A stretch of 60,642 nt of DNA, counting the filler. It is 3 parts of 3 records of this genome, joined end to end, with 100 filler letters (N's around TTAATTAATTAA, not from the genome) between each part and the next. Parts side by side here need not be neighbours in the genome. Positions count along the whole stretch, not along the records: positions 1 to 27,231 come from SRR20825019_2999; positions 27,332 to 48,414 come from SRR20825019_3004; 1 more part is not named here. One strand, written 5' to 3'. Position numbers and translations under genes: made by a program. Position 1 is the first letter of the stretch, and every line of letters begins with the position of its first letter. This document shows, in pieces, positions 22,959 to 33,210 of this stretch. The notes below the pieces were generated by a model, which saw only the letters and a program-made list of their open reading frames with translations, did not search any database and had not been told where the DNA came from.

Positions 22959-23975
22959 ATGACGGCAGTGCCCGCTCATGCCCGAGCCAAGGTCTAGTGA
23001 CTGAGCCTGCTCTACTGAAGTCCGCACTAACTGTTCAAACAATAGGGCCGCATCGAGCTACTCAGATGGATCAACAAGCTCCTTGCAACCGAGTACCAAC
23101 AGGTCCAGGATCTGGCGGATGGGTTGGCGTATACTCAAGTGTTTGATGCGCTATATCCTGGGAAGGTGCCCCTACACAGACTGGAGTGGGCGCCACGCTA
23201 TGAGGAGGACTACATACGGAATCTGCGAATACTTGACAAATTTTTGGCTGACGTGCCTGGATCGATAGTTGTGCCCGTGGAGAAGCTTGCAAAAGCCAAG
23301 TTGCAGGACAATCTCGAGTTCCTGCAGTGGGTGTACCACTTTGTCACGAGCCGGGACCCGAACTGTATGTGGCTGTGGGTGCTGTTCAGGGGATGAGGAC
23401 TGACTGAATTATAGTGAGTCGATGGTATCAGGGCTATGCACGGCGGCTGGAGGCACAGGGAAAAAAAGGTGGGTGATTGGGAAATACCTGCTGTTGATGT
23501 GAATATCGACATATGTGTAGCGCTCGAGGTTCCGATGGAAAGCTATCATGAAGCATCCCGCGCTTCATCTAAGGGCTACGTGTCGGAGAGGGAAGAGCAC
23601 GCGGGGAGCGAGGCTCCAGAGGACACGCGGGTTCGGGAGATATATGATGTTATCGACGGACTTTCCATGGAGCTGCGTAACAGGTTGATATACACTGCGG
23701 AATCCTTAACAGCGTGTTATCTGACCGGACTGCCCATCCCGCAGATTCTCTGTACTAGAACAGCTGAAGGAGAGCAACCACAACATTCTGGAGGAAAGGG
23801 ACTTTTACTTCAAAAAGCTCCGACTTGTCGAGGTACGAAGAATGGCGCTACCATGCATCCAGCCCAACTCATGAACTTTCAGGACGTAGCACGAGCCTTT
23901 GGTCACACACGCGAGGCCCAGCAGGTACTCGACGTGCTCAGGGTCTCCAACCGCGCCTTTGAACCAGCCCAGTAA
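22959..23975 (+). CDS. EB1/RP1 family microtubule end-binding protein (multi-exon)
   Basis: CH domain GRIELLRWINKLL..DGLAYTQVFDALYPGKVPL..VPVEKLAKAKLQDNLEFLQW. EBH motif EERDFYFKKLRLVE in a downstream exon. Confidence 0.88.
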
Positions 23976-24028
23976 GGATTCTCATAGTAGAAGTGTACAG
24001 TATAGTAGTAGTAAACATATGACGCGAA

Positions 24029-26953
24029 TCAGCGAATGTAGCTGTCCATGAGGGAAGGTTTGTAGCCGATCGGAACCATAAGAGACTGCATTGTGCATCG
24101 CCTGACAATGCGCGGTGCAATGTGGAACTTGCGCAGACGATTGCGAACATTATCAGTGCAAATCTCATCTTCCGAGCGGACCAGGCATCGCTTCTTGTTC
24201 ACCATCTCCACACGGAGGCACCCAAGCATCTGTGCGGTGCGGAGTGTCGACGTGATGAGCTCCGCAGACATGGCATCGGGATAAAACACGGTCCCTTCGT
24301 TGAACATCTTCCTTCCGGCAACTTGGATGCTCCGAAGCAACCCTTTCTCGTCACGGGGCCCATTCTTCGGCATGTGATGGACGTAGTCAAACACTAGATG
24401 GCAGCACTCCACATACGGCCAAAGCATGGTGCGAAGAAACTCCACCTCCCGTTGCTCTGATTGGGACACAGTTACCACCACATCAAGCGCGCCGGAGCCC
24501 TCAACAGTGGAGGGTGCAGGCTGCGTGACACTCCGGAATATCTCCTTCGTGGCCGAAAGTCTGTGAAGGACGTTGGTCAGGCGGGTCTTCATCTCCTCGG
24601 AATCTGCGGCTAGTTCTGGGAAGTCATTCCGCAAAATCGAGGCCAGGAACACTGCCTCATCGACAAGAACGTCCATCGACGGGCCCTCCGCACCAGGTTG
24701 GCGGGGAGCCGCCTTGAATGCACACGAAAGAATCGCAGCATTCAGGGTGTGGTGGAGAATGTGGTTGCGGTAGAAACTGAGCTCCAGGCACTTGACCGGG
24801 GACAGCTGCGTGTTCTGCCGGATGACCTCCAAGGCATTATCTTGAAAGAGCATCACCAATGCTTCTTCAATAGTTTCCCTTGTCACCTCCTGAGTGAGCT
24901 TGAGCCCCTGGCGCACAAGGAACTTCCCAAGCCATTCTACTCGCGACACGAAGCACTCGAATGTGTGCACGCAGTCCGCACCCCCCGAGGGACATGAGCT
25001 CTCTCCGCAGGGGGCTGGCATCACACCATTGTAGAAGGGCGATGCCCGATACTGTCGGCAGAGGAGGGCAGTGGCAGTCAGATGGACTGCTGATGCAACA
25101 GATACGTTGTTGAGGCTGTCTACGATCGTCGTGGCCAGAGACTTCGTCAGAACCTTCCTTGCGCCTGCGCTGACCTCCTCAGGGCGTGGTGCGGACCCGA
25201 CCGAATCTAGTGGCGCCGAGGAGCGGCTAGCAAGTGCAAGATTAGAGCGGTGATGTTCCTGGAGGGAAATAGGCTCTGCGAACTGAACATGAACGCGGCC
25301 GTACTTCTTATTCAAAAGGGCACGCGCGCGGAACACCGCGCCGAGAGACTCCTTCTGCTTCTCCTTTCCAAGCAACTCATTCATCAAGCTCGCCTCCTCC
25401 ACCACCTGGTCGTATACAATGCTCACCGGTACTACAAGTACCTCAGGCACGCGGCCATCATGGACAGCATCGGCAATAGTGCCAAGAAGCCCCATTTTAG
25501 GAGGCCTCAACTTGCCCGTCCGGCTCCGGCCACCTTCGAAGAAAAACTCGATACTCTGACCGCGCTCAAGCAACAGCGTGATATACTCATTCACCAGTGC
25601 AGTATACAAGGGGGTATCGCTCCCGAACTTGCGCCGAATGAAAAATGCGCCAGCCTGTCTGAACAAGGGGCCGATAATCGGGATGTCCAAGTTGTCACCA
25701 GCAGCAATGTGGGGCATGGCCAGGTCGAAGCGAAAAGAAACAAACGAGAGCACAAGGTAGTCTATGTGGCTGCGGTGGGCAGGCACATAAACGACCGGCG
25801 CCTTGGTGCGCCGCGCCACGTCGCGAAGCCGTTCAAGCCCCTGCATGTCTACATCCACCCCATCGAACAGCCGTCCGAACAGCTGTGTCAGCGCAGCATC
25901 AAACAAGCGAATCACCGAAGGATCGTATCGGGCCGCCATCTTGGACAACATTCGCCTGGCGGCGATGCGACCCTCGCCCATGCTCTTATATTTGCCCGCC
26001 GCCACTTCCTTGTCCAAAGCGGCTGCCACGCGCTTCGAGTCAAGGATGTGGTTCATAGCGGCGCTGCGGTCGATCAGAGCCGGCCCTACTGAAACATGCT
26101 TCTCGGTCTCGAACAAACCCTTCATGACCATGGTCAGCTGCTGGGCGGACAGAGCGACGTTCACATCCTCCATGGGGACCCCCGCTCCAAGTACTGACGT
26201 GATACAAACAGGGCCGCCGCCGCGTACGAACATCCAGCGGAGATCCGTCAGAAACATCCATGCCTCCTTCAACACACCGGGGTCGCTGCGGGTACCCCAG
26301 ACCTTGCGAAGAGCAGCGTGCGGCGCTGAGGCCCTCTCCACCTCGGGGTCACGATTGAGCACTACATAATGAAGCACTACTGACACCCCACGCTCCTTCG
26401 CTCCCGGAATACTGCCCTGTTGCAGTCTGCACAAAAGCATAGCCCAGTCCTCTTCAGTGTTGGATATGACAATTGCTTTCTCTTGTGGGCTGTCTAGTTG
26501 GTGGCGCGCAAGCACGCGTGGCATGGCTATCCGCAAGATACGTTGTCCTGCCGGGACAACATGCACCAAGACGGCCGACTTTGCCGCGGCCCTCAACCGC
26601 CTGGCTCTATACTTATCCATGTGCAGGTAAGGAAAAAGCCAGTCTTTCACTGGCCGCTCAGGGCCTTGCATCACACACTCGTACGTGAGAGGAGGAATAT
26701 TGGTAGCCCTTCCGTCGCACATTTCTTCATCGTCGCTACTTTCACTCAGTGTTCCTAGAGAGGGGCTTGACATTATCTGTGAGGTATCCGTACTTGTAGA
26801 CAGAAAGGACCGGGACAAGTCAGCCAAGTCGTTGATACCTGTAGCAAGATTGCTGAGGGAAAACGTCCTTGTAATAAGTGCAGGGCCTTCCCCAGATACG
26901 GGCATGGCGAATATACACTTCCTAACGTTCTTTCTGCACTGATACTTGACCAT
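24029..26953 (-). CDS. Glycerol-3-phosphate/DHAP acyltransferase, PlsB-like
   Basis: Acyltransferase motifs HRSHIDY, GAFFIRR, FFEGGRSRTGK and VVPVSIVYD in a single 974-aa ORF. Confidence 0.92.
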   Translation of the reverse strand: MVKYQCRKNVRKCIFAMPVSGEGPALITRTFSLSNLATGINDLADLSRSFLSTSTDTSQIMSSPSLGTLSESSDDEEMCDGRATNIPPLTYECVMQGPERPVKDWLFPYLHMDKYRARRLRAAAKSAVLVHVVPAGQRILRIAMPRVLARHQLDSPQEKAIVISNTEEDWAMLLCRLQQGSIPGAKERGVSVVLHYVVLNRDPEVERASAPHAALRKVWGTRSDPGVLKEAWMFLTDLRWMFVRGGGPVCITSVLGAGVPMEDVNVALSAQQLTMVMKGLFETEKHVSVGPALIDRSAAMNHILDSKRVAAALDKEVAAGKYKSMGEGRIAARRMLSKMAARYDPSVIRLFDAALTQLFGRLFDGVDVDMQGLERLRDVARRTKAPVVYVPAHRSHIDYLVLSFVSFRFDLAMPHIAAGDNLDIPIIGPLFRQAGAFFIRRKFGSDTPLYTALVNEYITLLLERGQSIEFFFEGGRSRTGKLRPPKMGLLGTIADAVHDGRVPEVLVVPVSIVYDQVVEEASLMNELLGKEKQKESLGAVFRARALLNKKYGRVHVQFAEPISLQEHHRSNLALASRSSAPLDSVGSAPRPEEVSAGARKVLTKSLATTIVDSLNNVSVASAVHLTATALLCRQYRASPFYNGVMPAPCGESSCPSGGADCVHTFECFVSRVEWLGKFLVRQGLKLTQEVTRETIEEALVMLFQDNALEVIRQNTQLSPVKCLELSFYRNHILHHTLNAAILSCAFKAAPRQPGAEGPSMDVLVDEAVFLASILRNDFPELAADSEEMKTRLTNVLHRLSATKEIFRSVTQPAPSTVEGSGALDVVVTVSQSEQREVEFLRTMLWPYVECCHLVFDYVHHMPKNGPRDEKGLLRSIQVAGRKMFNEGTVFYPDAMSAELITSTLRTAQMLGCLRVEMVNKKRCLVRSEDEICTDNVRNRLRKFHIAPRIVRRCTMQSLMVPIGYKPSLMDSYIR

Positions 26954-27231
26954 GAGAGGGGGCTAGTCGTTCCTATCAAACTTGCAAGGTCAAAACGCTT
27001 GGCCGGAAAAACGGCCGGCGCAACCTTCCAACTAAAAGCCGACACTCCCGCTTGGCGGGTAGCACTCTCAAACTACACTGGTCTGGGTTGGCCTTGCAAA
27101 AAGGATTGAGTGTGTGGCGACTCGAGTGGCAAGGTCTGTTGCAGTCGTGTCACGGACGAGCGGTTGTCGGCTCCAGCTTTTAGCGGCTCTTCACACTCAC
27201 CGACTGGCGGGGGGGGGGGGGGGGGGGGAAC

Positions 27232-27331
27232 NNNNNNNNNNNNNNNNNNNNNNNNNNNNNNNNNNNNNNNNNNNNTTAATTAATTAANNNNNNNNNNNNN
27301 NNNNNNNNNNNNNNNNNNNNNNNNNNNNNNN
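27232..27331. other. Artificial contig-joining linker
   Basis: 44 N + TTAATTAATTAA (stops in all six frames) + 44 N, flanked by G20 (27209-27228) and G23 (27332-27354). Confidence 0.97.
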
Positions 27332-27640
27332 GGGGGGGGGGGGGGGGGGGGGGGTGGCGCAGCCACCAATTTGCACCGGCTGCTAGTGTACCGGTGTTGG
27401 CGTTTAATGGCACTGTGCAAGTGCTGGAAAGGGCATCAAATATATCAAGACCCTACTCGTAGAGCAATTTTTATTGGGCACGAGAATATTTGACTTTCCT
27501 TGGTCGGGTCTGTGTGGTGGTCTGTGGCCTTGATGGTGAGGGCGTCCAAAGTGAAGAAAGGGGGCTCCCGAAATGCATCCCGGGGAGAACACCGCCTTAC
27601 AACCCCCGAATCTGGGAGGGGGAGAAAGGAGAAGGACGCC

Positions 27641-29726
27641 ATGTCTTCATTATTGATGCTTTCAGACACGGACGAAGTGGGAGCACAACCTGAGTCAATG
27701 TTTGACAGGTTGAAAACCCCTCCGAATCCTCCTGGCCTCAACAATGTAAAGCCACGCAATAGCAGTGGCTTCTCACCATTGCAGGATATTCCCTATAGTA
27801 GAAGTGAGCTAGTGAGGCAGGCCCGCAATCGTGGAATATCCGCAGAGGGTTATTTCAGGGACGTTCGACCGACAGATATATCGAGGCGACCCCCGAGGCC
27901 GCCTAGCATATTGGAGGGTACGAAGTCCCAGGACATAGTTTCCGCGCCTCTCATTGAGGAGGAAGAGGAGGAAATATCATTCCGCGACTTCGGACCTGTC
28001 GAGCACACTGCTGTTAAAGTAGCCAGTGGAGACAAGCGAGGAGCTTCTGTGTTTCCAAGTATCGCAAAAGAAACTTACCAGAAGCCGAAGCCAAACGAGG
28101 CTCTGGCGCAGGAATCGGTGAGTATTGTGATTGGAGAACTTGCTTTTTGTCTAATTTTTGGTATCTTCAGCAAATCTCCATCAGTATTCCAGCACCATTG
28201 GCAAACGCGAAACATGTGCGGAAGGGGCTTGCTATCGCCAGAAATGCGGCCAGGCCAGCGCCGATAGATACAAGAGGGTCCTCCACTATACTGGATGGGG
28301 GCCAAATGCTCTCTCTGCAGCCTTCCACAACTTCAGTCGGTAGGGAAGAAAGCAGAGCGAGTTTGAGCTCTAGCCCCCCCAAAGCAAGTCACTATACCCG
28401 CAGCAGTCAACGAGAAAGAGGAGTCGAGAGTCCATTGCCCCCGATCGAACACCTTACTGGGACTAGATTGCACTTTGTTGAAAAGGAAGAAAATGATCTA
28501 CATAATCGGCCGCCCAGTGTACAAGAGAGCGTAAGTGGAATGTGGTCTTATGGGCTCAACACGGTATCTGATTTCTTGTGAAGGCGGCGAAAGTAGCGTC
28601 TTTAATCAGTGTTGCCCCGCCATCGCCTGTGTATGTGACAAGAAAAACATTTGTTGTGGATCCCAATTATCTAGAGAAAACGAAAACTCTCACATTAGAT
28701 AGCAGTCTTCTTGATAGGGCAGCTCTTGCATCAGATGCCTTGCGCAATACAGATGCTTTGGAATCATCTAAGCCTCCAGGTGCAGTTCTTTCTCCCTCGA
28801 AATCGACACTGAGGTCCCCGGTCGCTCTCAAGGCGCGATCCCCGCAAAGAGCCAAGGGAGGCCATGAAACCAATCAGTCAGTGGCGGTGACTGCTGGAAA
28901 TGTGGTGTTTGATGCCCCGGTTCCTGCGGAACAGGTGTATAACCCGAACACGACCAATCAAATGCCTTCCACGTTCGGGTCAAGTGAGTGCGATACATGT
29001 CCCCGATAGCTCCTGTCTAATGTACATCTGCAGAGAAACCACCAGCTGAGCCAGAGATCATTGGCACTGGAATCGAGATCGCGGCAGAGGTCTTTGATGA
29101 AGAGGAAGACTACGATTCTGATGGTAGTAACCCAGAGGACAGAGGCCTTCGGCAGTTGATTGCAAAGCACAGTGAGAACCGGCGAATCAAGAGGCCAAAG
29201 CCCCGAAGGGTTCGCGGTCGCAAAGGACACATCATGACTTCACAATTTCCGAGGGCTGGGGTGTCAACTAGTGTTATGGATCCATATGTCCGCACTCTGA
29301 ACAACAAGAAGAAGCAGTTCGAGGAAAAAACTTTTGTTGCCGAAATCAAAAATCTGCGTGAGGTCATGGCACAAGCTCAGAAATTCCGTGAAGAAAACAG
29401 AAAGTTGAAGCTAACGAGGAAGTCCTCTTCTGCTGTGACAGGCATGCAGGCGCTGGGCCCTGAGGGGGTGGGAATGCGCTCAGTGTCGCCAGATGAAGGC
29501 TTTAAGTACGCCTACGATAGCGAGGCGAAACAGGAGATGGAAGAGGTGTATGAACAACATGTGACTTTCCCGATGACTCCCCAATGAGCTCCTGCGGAGG
29601 TCTGGTTCGACTGAGAGTAGACTACCGATTCCCGTGATTTCGAAGGGACATATAGATACAAGCATGTCGTTTCCCACAGCATCAATGGCCCACAGGCATC
29701 ATCAAATTTCCAACAATGCGCACTGA
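27641..29726 (+). CDS. Hypothetical multi-exon Ser/Pro-rich protein with a short C-terminal coiled coil
   Basis: Collinear plus-strand ORFs 27500-28267, 28147-28581, 28578-29009 and 29156-29587 separated by short GT-AG segments. Start and last exon uncertain. Confidence 0.5.
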
Positions 29727-29954
29727 AGGAAGAAAAACGCCGCTACTGCCGCTCTTATGACGGACCATCTGAATGCTTTGTGCGCTTGGCGTGTCTGCTT
29801 CACTTGACTGGGGCACATAGATCCCTGGGCACAGCTCTCAATTCGAGGTGCTCAAAAGGATGCATTTAGGATTCTGGACTCATCCTGCCGAACGATACGT
29901 TATCCCTAGATGTATTATGCCATAGCAAGGAATTGAAATTGAAGCGGGCGCGCC

Positions 29955-31087
29955 CTAAAGCCTGGACACAGTTGCTACTTCCCTCCACCAAGGGAACCAA
30001 TCTGGCGAGTCTCGATAAGGGTCACTCGGGAACTGGGGCGGTCGCTTCTCCAGAAAGCTTCTGATCCCTTCCCCAGCATCCGCTCCTCGGCTGGCCCAGT
30101 AGATACTCTTGCTTTCAATAAGATGTGCTTCCTCTGGACTTACATTGTAGCCGTTGCGAATGATCATATTTCTGTTGATCATGGCGCTCATAGGGCTCGT
30201 CTGGCATATCTCGCTGGCAAGCTCCATGGCTTTGGGGAGCACCTACAAGCTATCAGTAAACCTAAAAGCGAAACATGCCCGCCATACTTTGTCGTGAGGC
30301 ACGATGTAGTTGAATAGCCCTGGCGGCGCATCAGACGCATTGAAAACCCTTCCAGTTAACACGAGTTCCATTGCGATCTGTACGATGTGAAGGTGCCTTA
30401 GCGAGGACCATTCATACGGACATGAAACAAAAGGATGTACCTTGTGACCCACACACCTTTCGAGGAGGTAGGAAGAGAGGCATTCCATAGTGAGCCCCCG
30501 CCGTCCAAACACAAAGCCAACTTTCGCCTTGTCACTCACTACTGTCATATCACAACACAGAGGAAGCGTCATTCCCACTCCAACAGCTGCCGCATTCACC
30601 GCACAAATGACGGGCTTTGTGCTACGCAATATCGCGAGCCCAGCAGTGCCACCCCCGTCTCTCCAATAGTGAAGATTTGCCTCCCGCCCTTCGGGAACGT
30701 CACCCTGCATGCTAGAGGGGTTGGTTGCGCTAGGTGGAGTGAGGTCAGCACCAGCACAAAATGCCTGCAGGATATGTTACTGGCGCGGCAAGCAGTGACA
30801 ATGAAAGAAAGACTCACCTTGCCAGCTGGGTCACCAGTAATTACAACGACTCTGACCTTGCGAATCTTGCTGGCCTCATCAAGACAACGAGCCAGTTCAT
30901 TCCTCATGATTTCATTCCATGCGTTGCGGTGAGCAGGTCGAGAGAGAGTAATGAGCGCAACACTCCCGTCCATTACAGACGTGTCGAACTTAACACATGT
31001 AAGCGGGTCATCAGTCCATTTTGAGACAAATCTGGCATTTGTTTCGACAAGCTTATGGGAGGTGTCACTTTCATCTATGTAGTTCAT
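29955..31087 (-). CDS. Enoyl-CoA hydratase/isomerase with C-terminal PTS1 (SRL)
   Basis: VALITLSRPAHRNAW, RDGGG, KPVICAVNAAAVGVG, FVFGRRGLTME, ELVLTGR, EGIRSFLEKRPPQF; ends TVSRL. Several short introns. Confidence 0.92.
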
Positions 31088-31159
31088 GTCTGTGCTAAGC
31101 TTCAATCAATACGATAACGAATTCTTCTGAGCAAGGTTCGACTTATCCTCATGAACTGC

Positions 31160-31725
31160 AGACCGGTGCGCCCCGCCAACCTGGCCGGTTGGCCGGCCGG
31201 GGGCCCCCCGGCCCGCCCCGGCCCGGCCGGCCCGGCCCGCCAGGCCGGCAGCCAGTGAGGAGTTCAGGTCCGCCGCCGGGGCGGCGGGTCCCCGGCCCGG
31301 TTTGATTGCGCGTCCGGCGGGGCCGAGCCGGCCGGAGCCCCGCCGCCGGCCCGGCCGGGGGCGGGCGGGCCGCGACGCCGGCCCGCACGTCACGGCCGGG
31401 CACACCACCTGGCCGGACCCTGGAGGAGCGGCCGGGCGGCCCGGCGGCCCGGCGCGACCATTCCGTTCGCCGAGCACTCCGAGGCTCGCCGGACTCAGAG
31501 CGCTCCCCGGGACTGTCACAGCCAGTGCCGGACCGGCGCCGCGCACCGGCCCCCGGGACCCAGCGCCGGCGAGTGGCCCCCGGGCGGGCCGGGCCGCACA
31601 GGCGCCTTCCGTTCGCCGGGCCCCCGGCCAGTGCTCCGCCGGGCACGGCGGCCGTGCCAGGTTCACACTGCCATCCGACAAGCGGACTCACATGTCCAAA
31701 GACGGAGCCGAGGGCGCAGGTAAAG
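31160..31725. promoter_or_regulatory. Bidirectional GC-rich promoter island (hydratase / oxidoreductase)
   Basis: Extreme-GC non-coding tract between divergent start codons at 31087 and 31785. Confidence 0.55.
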
Positions 31726-31784
31726 ATATTTAAATTTCATTTTTGAGCAGGTGCCGGTTCACTGTTAGTTGAAGTATCATCACT

Positions 31785-33142
31785 ATGTCAAAGGTAGTTT
31801 CAACCTGTCATGGTATTCGCACTTGCTATCAGGGCCCCGGCGAAGCCTTCACTCTCTGCGATCCTGCTGACCACTTGTACAGGTTAGGTGGGGAATCCTT
31901 TCAGGAGCCAATATTGCACGTAAGAATGTCCTTGCGATGAAAGAAGCAGTCAACGCCGACCCTATCGCGGTGGCCAGCCGCCAACTGTACGAGCCACAAA
32001 CACGTATATTTTCATACAGTCCTTACTTGTTTTGATTCTGCAGAGAGAAGGCGAGGTCATGGGCGGAGGAGAATGACCTCACTACCTTCTATGGGTCCTA
32101 TGATGAACTCTTGGCCAGTGATGTTGACGCTATATACCTGCCGGTTGTCACGTCGCATCGGTGAGTCCCCCTTGGCTTTTGTTGTCATTCTATCCCTCTG
32201 AAGAAGCGGTAGTGCGGAATGGGCGGTCAAGGCCGCCAACGCCGGAAAGCACATTCTGATTGAGAAGCCTGCTGGCGTGAACGCGGATCAGGTGAGGGCA
32301 GTCCTGGATGCGGCCAACCGTAACAAGGTGGTGTGCATGGATGGGGTGATGTTCATGCACCACCCCCGTCTGCAAGAGCTCCGCAAGGTCATCGATGGAG
32401 AAATCGGCAGTCTTCGGATGGTCGACTCGGCATTCACATTTCCTGGGGACCAGTCGGAAGAGTTCATGTCGTCCAACATCCGGGTAAACGCCGCGACTGA
32501 GCCTCTGGGCTGCATCGGCGACCTGGCATGGTACAACGTCCGGTTCTCCATGTTTGTTTTTGAGTACCGACTCCCTAAGCGTATCCGGTGCGACATTCAC
32601 CGCAAGCATGACGGTGTACCTCTGGATGCAACGGGCACGTTGGACTTTGGCGATGGATGTGTCGCGACATGGCATGCAAGCTTTGCCACATCTTTCCAGC
32701 AGCGTGCCCATGTGGTCGGGTCCAAGGCTTCCGTACACCTGGATGATTTCGTCATTCCCAAGCGACACGGGGATGACTGCTATTTCTCGATAGACAGGTA
32801 TGACAATGAACATTTCATATACCTTATCTGATGGCTGAAGTGGACTATGATAAAGGGCCGACGGTCTCGCAGACAAGGATAGGAGGGTTGCCGACAGGCT
32901 CTCTGAAATCACTGTGTCGGGAGTGAAGCAGGAGTGTGCCATGATTGAGAAATTCAGTAGCATGGTCCAGGCAGGGTACGACTCAAGCGAGGATGACAGG
33001 AAATTCTTTGAAGACATCGCCTTGAAAGGCCAACTGGTAATGAGCATTATGCAAATGTGGTCTCAAGCTCATCATCGATATACAGGTGATGGATGCCTCG
33101 ATGAAGTCTGCAGACCAAGATGGTGCTTGGGTAAATCTCTAG
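31785..33142 (+). CDS. Gfo/Idh/MocA family NAD(P)-dependent oxidoreductase (multi-exon)
   Basis: Spliced product MSK|VRWGILSGANIARK..AVASR..YGSYDELL..VDAIYLP..AGKHILIEKP..MDGVMFMHHPR..GCIGDLAWY; stop TAG at 33140-33142. Confidence 0.9.
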
Positions 33143-33210
33143 ATCACACTCATACACGACGGATCCAACAATCAATCATCACCACAATACTGCACAAATC
33201 CTGCCATATA

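Noticed and set aside
27276-27287. TTAATTAATTAA as a regulatory or transposon target site
   Set aside because: It is a six-frame stop spacer centred in Ns, added when contigs were concatenated.
31106-31746. Arg/Pro/Gly/Ala-rich ORFs in GC islands (also near 14.0-14.7, 17.3-17.6, 21.0-21.8 and 22.3-22.9 kb)
   Set aside because: Stop codons are scarce at this GC level; the ORFs overlap in several frames and have no protein-like motifs.
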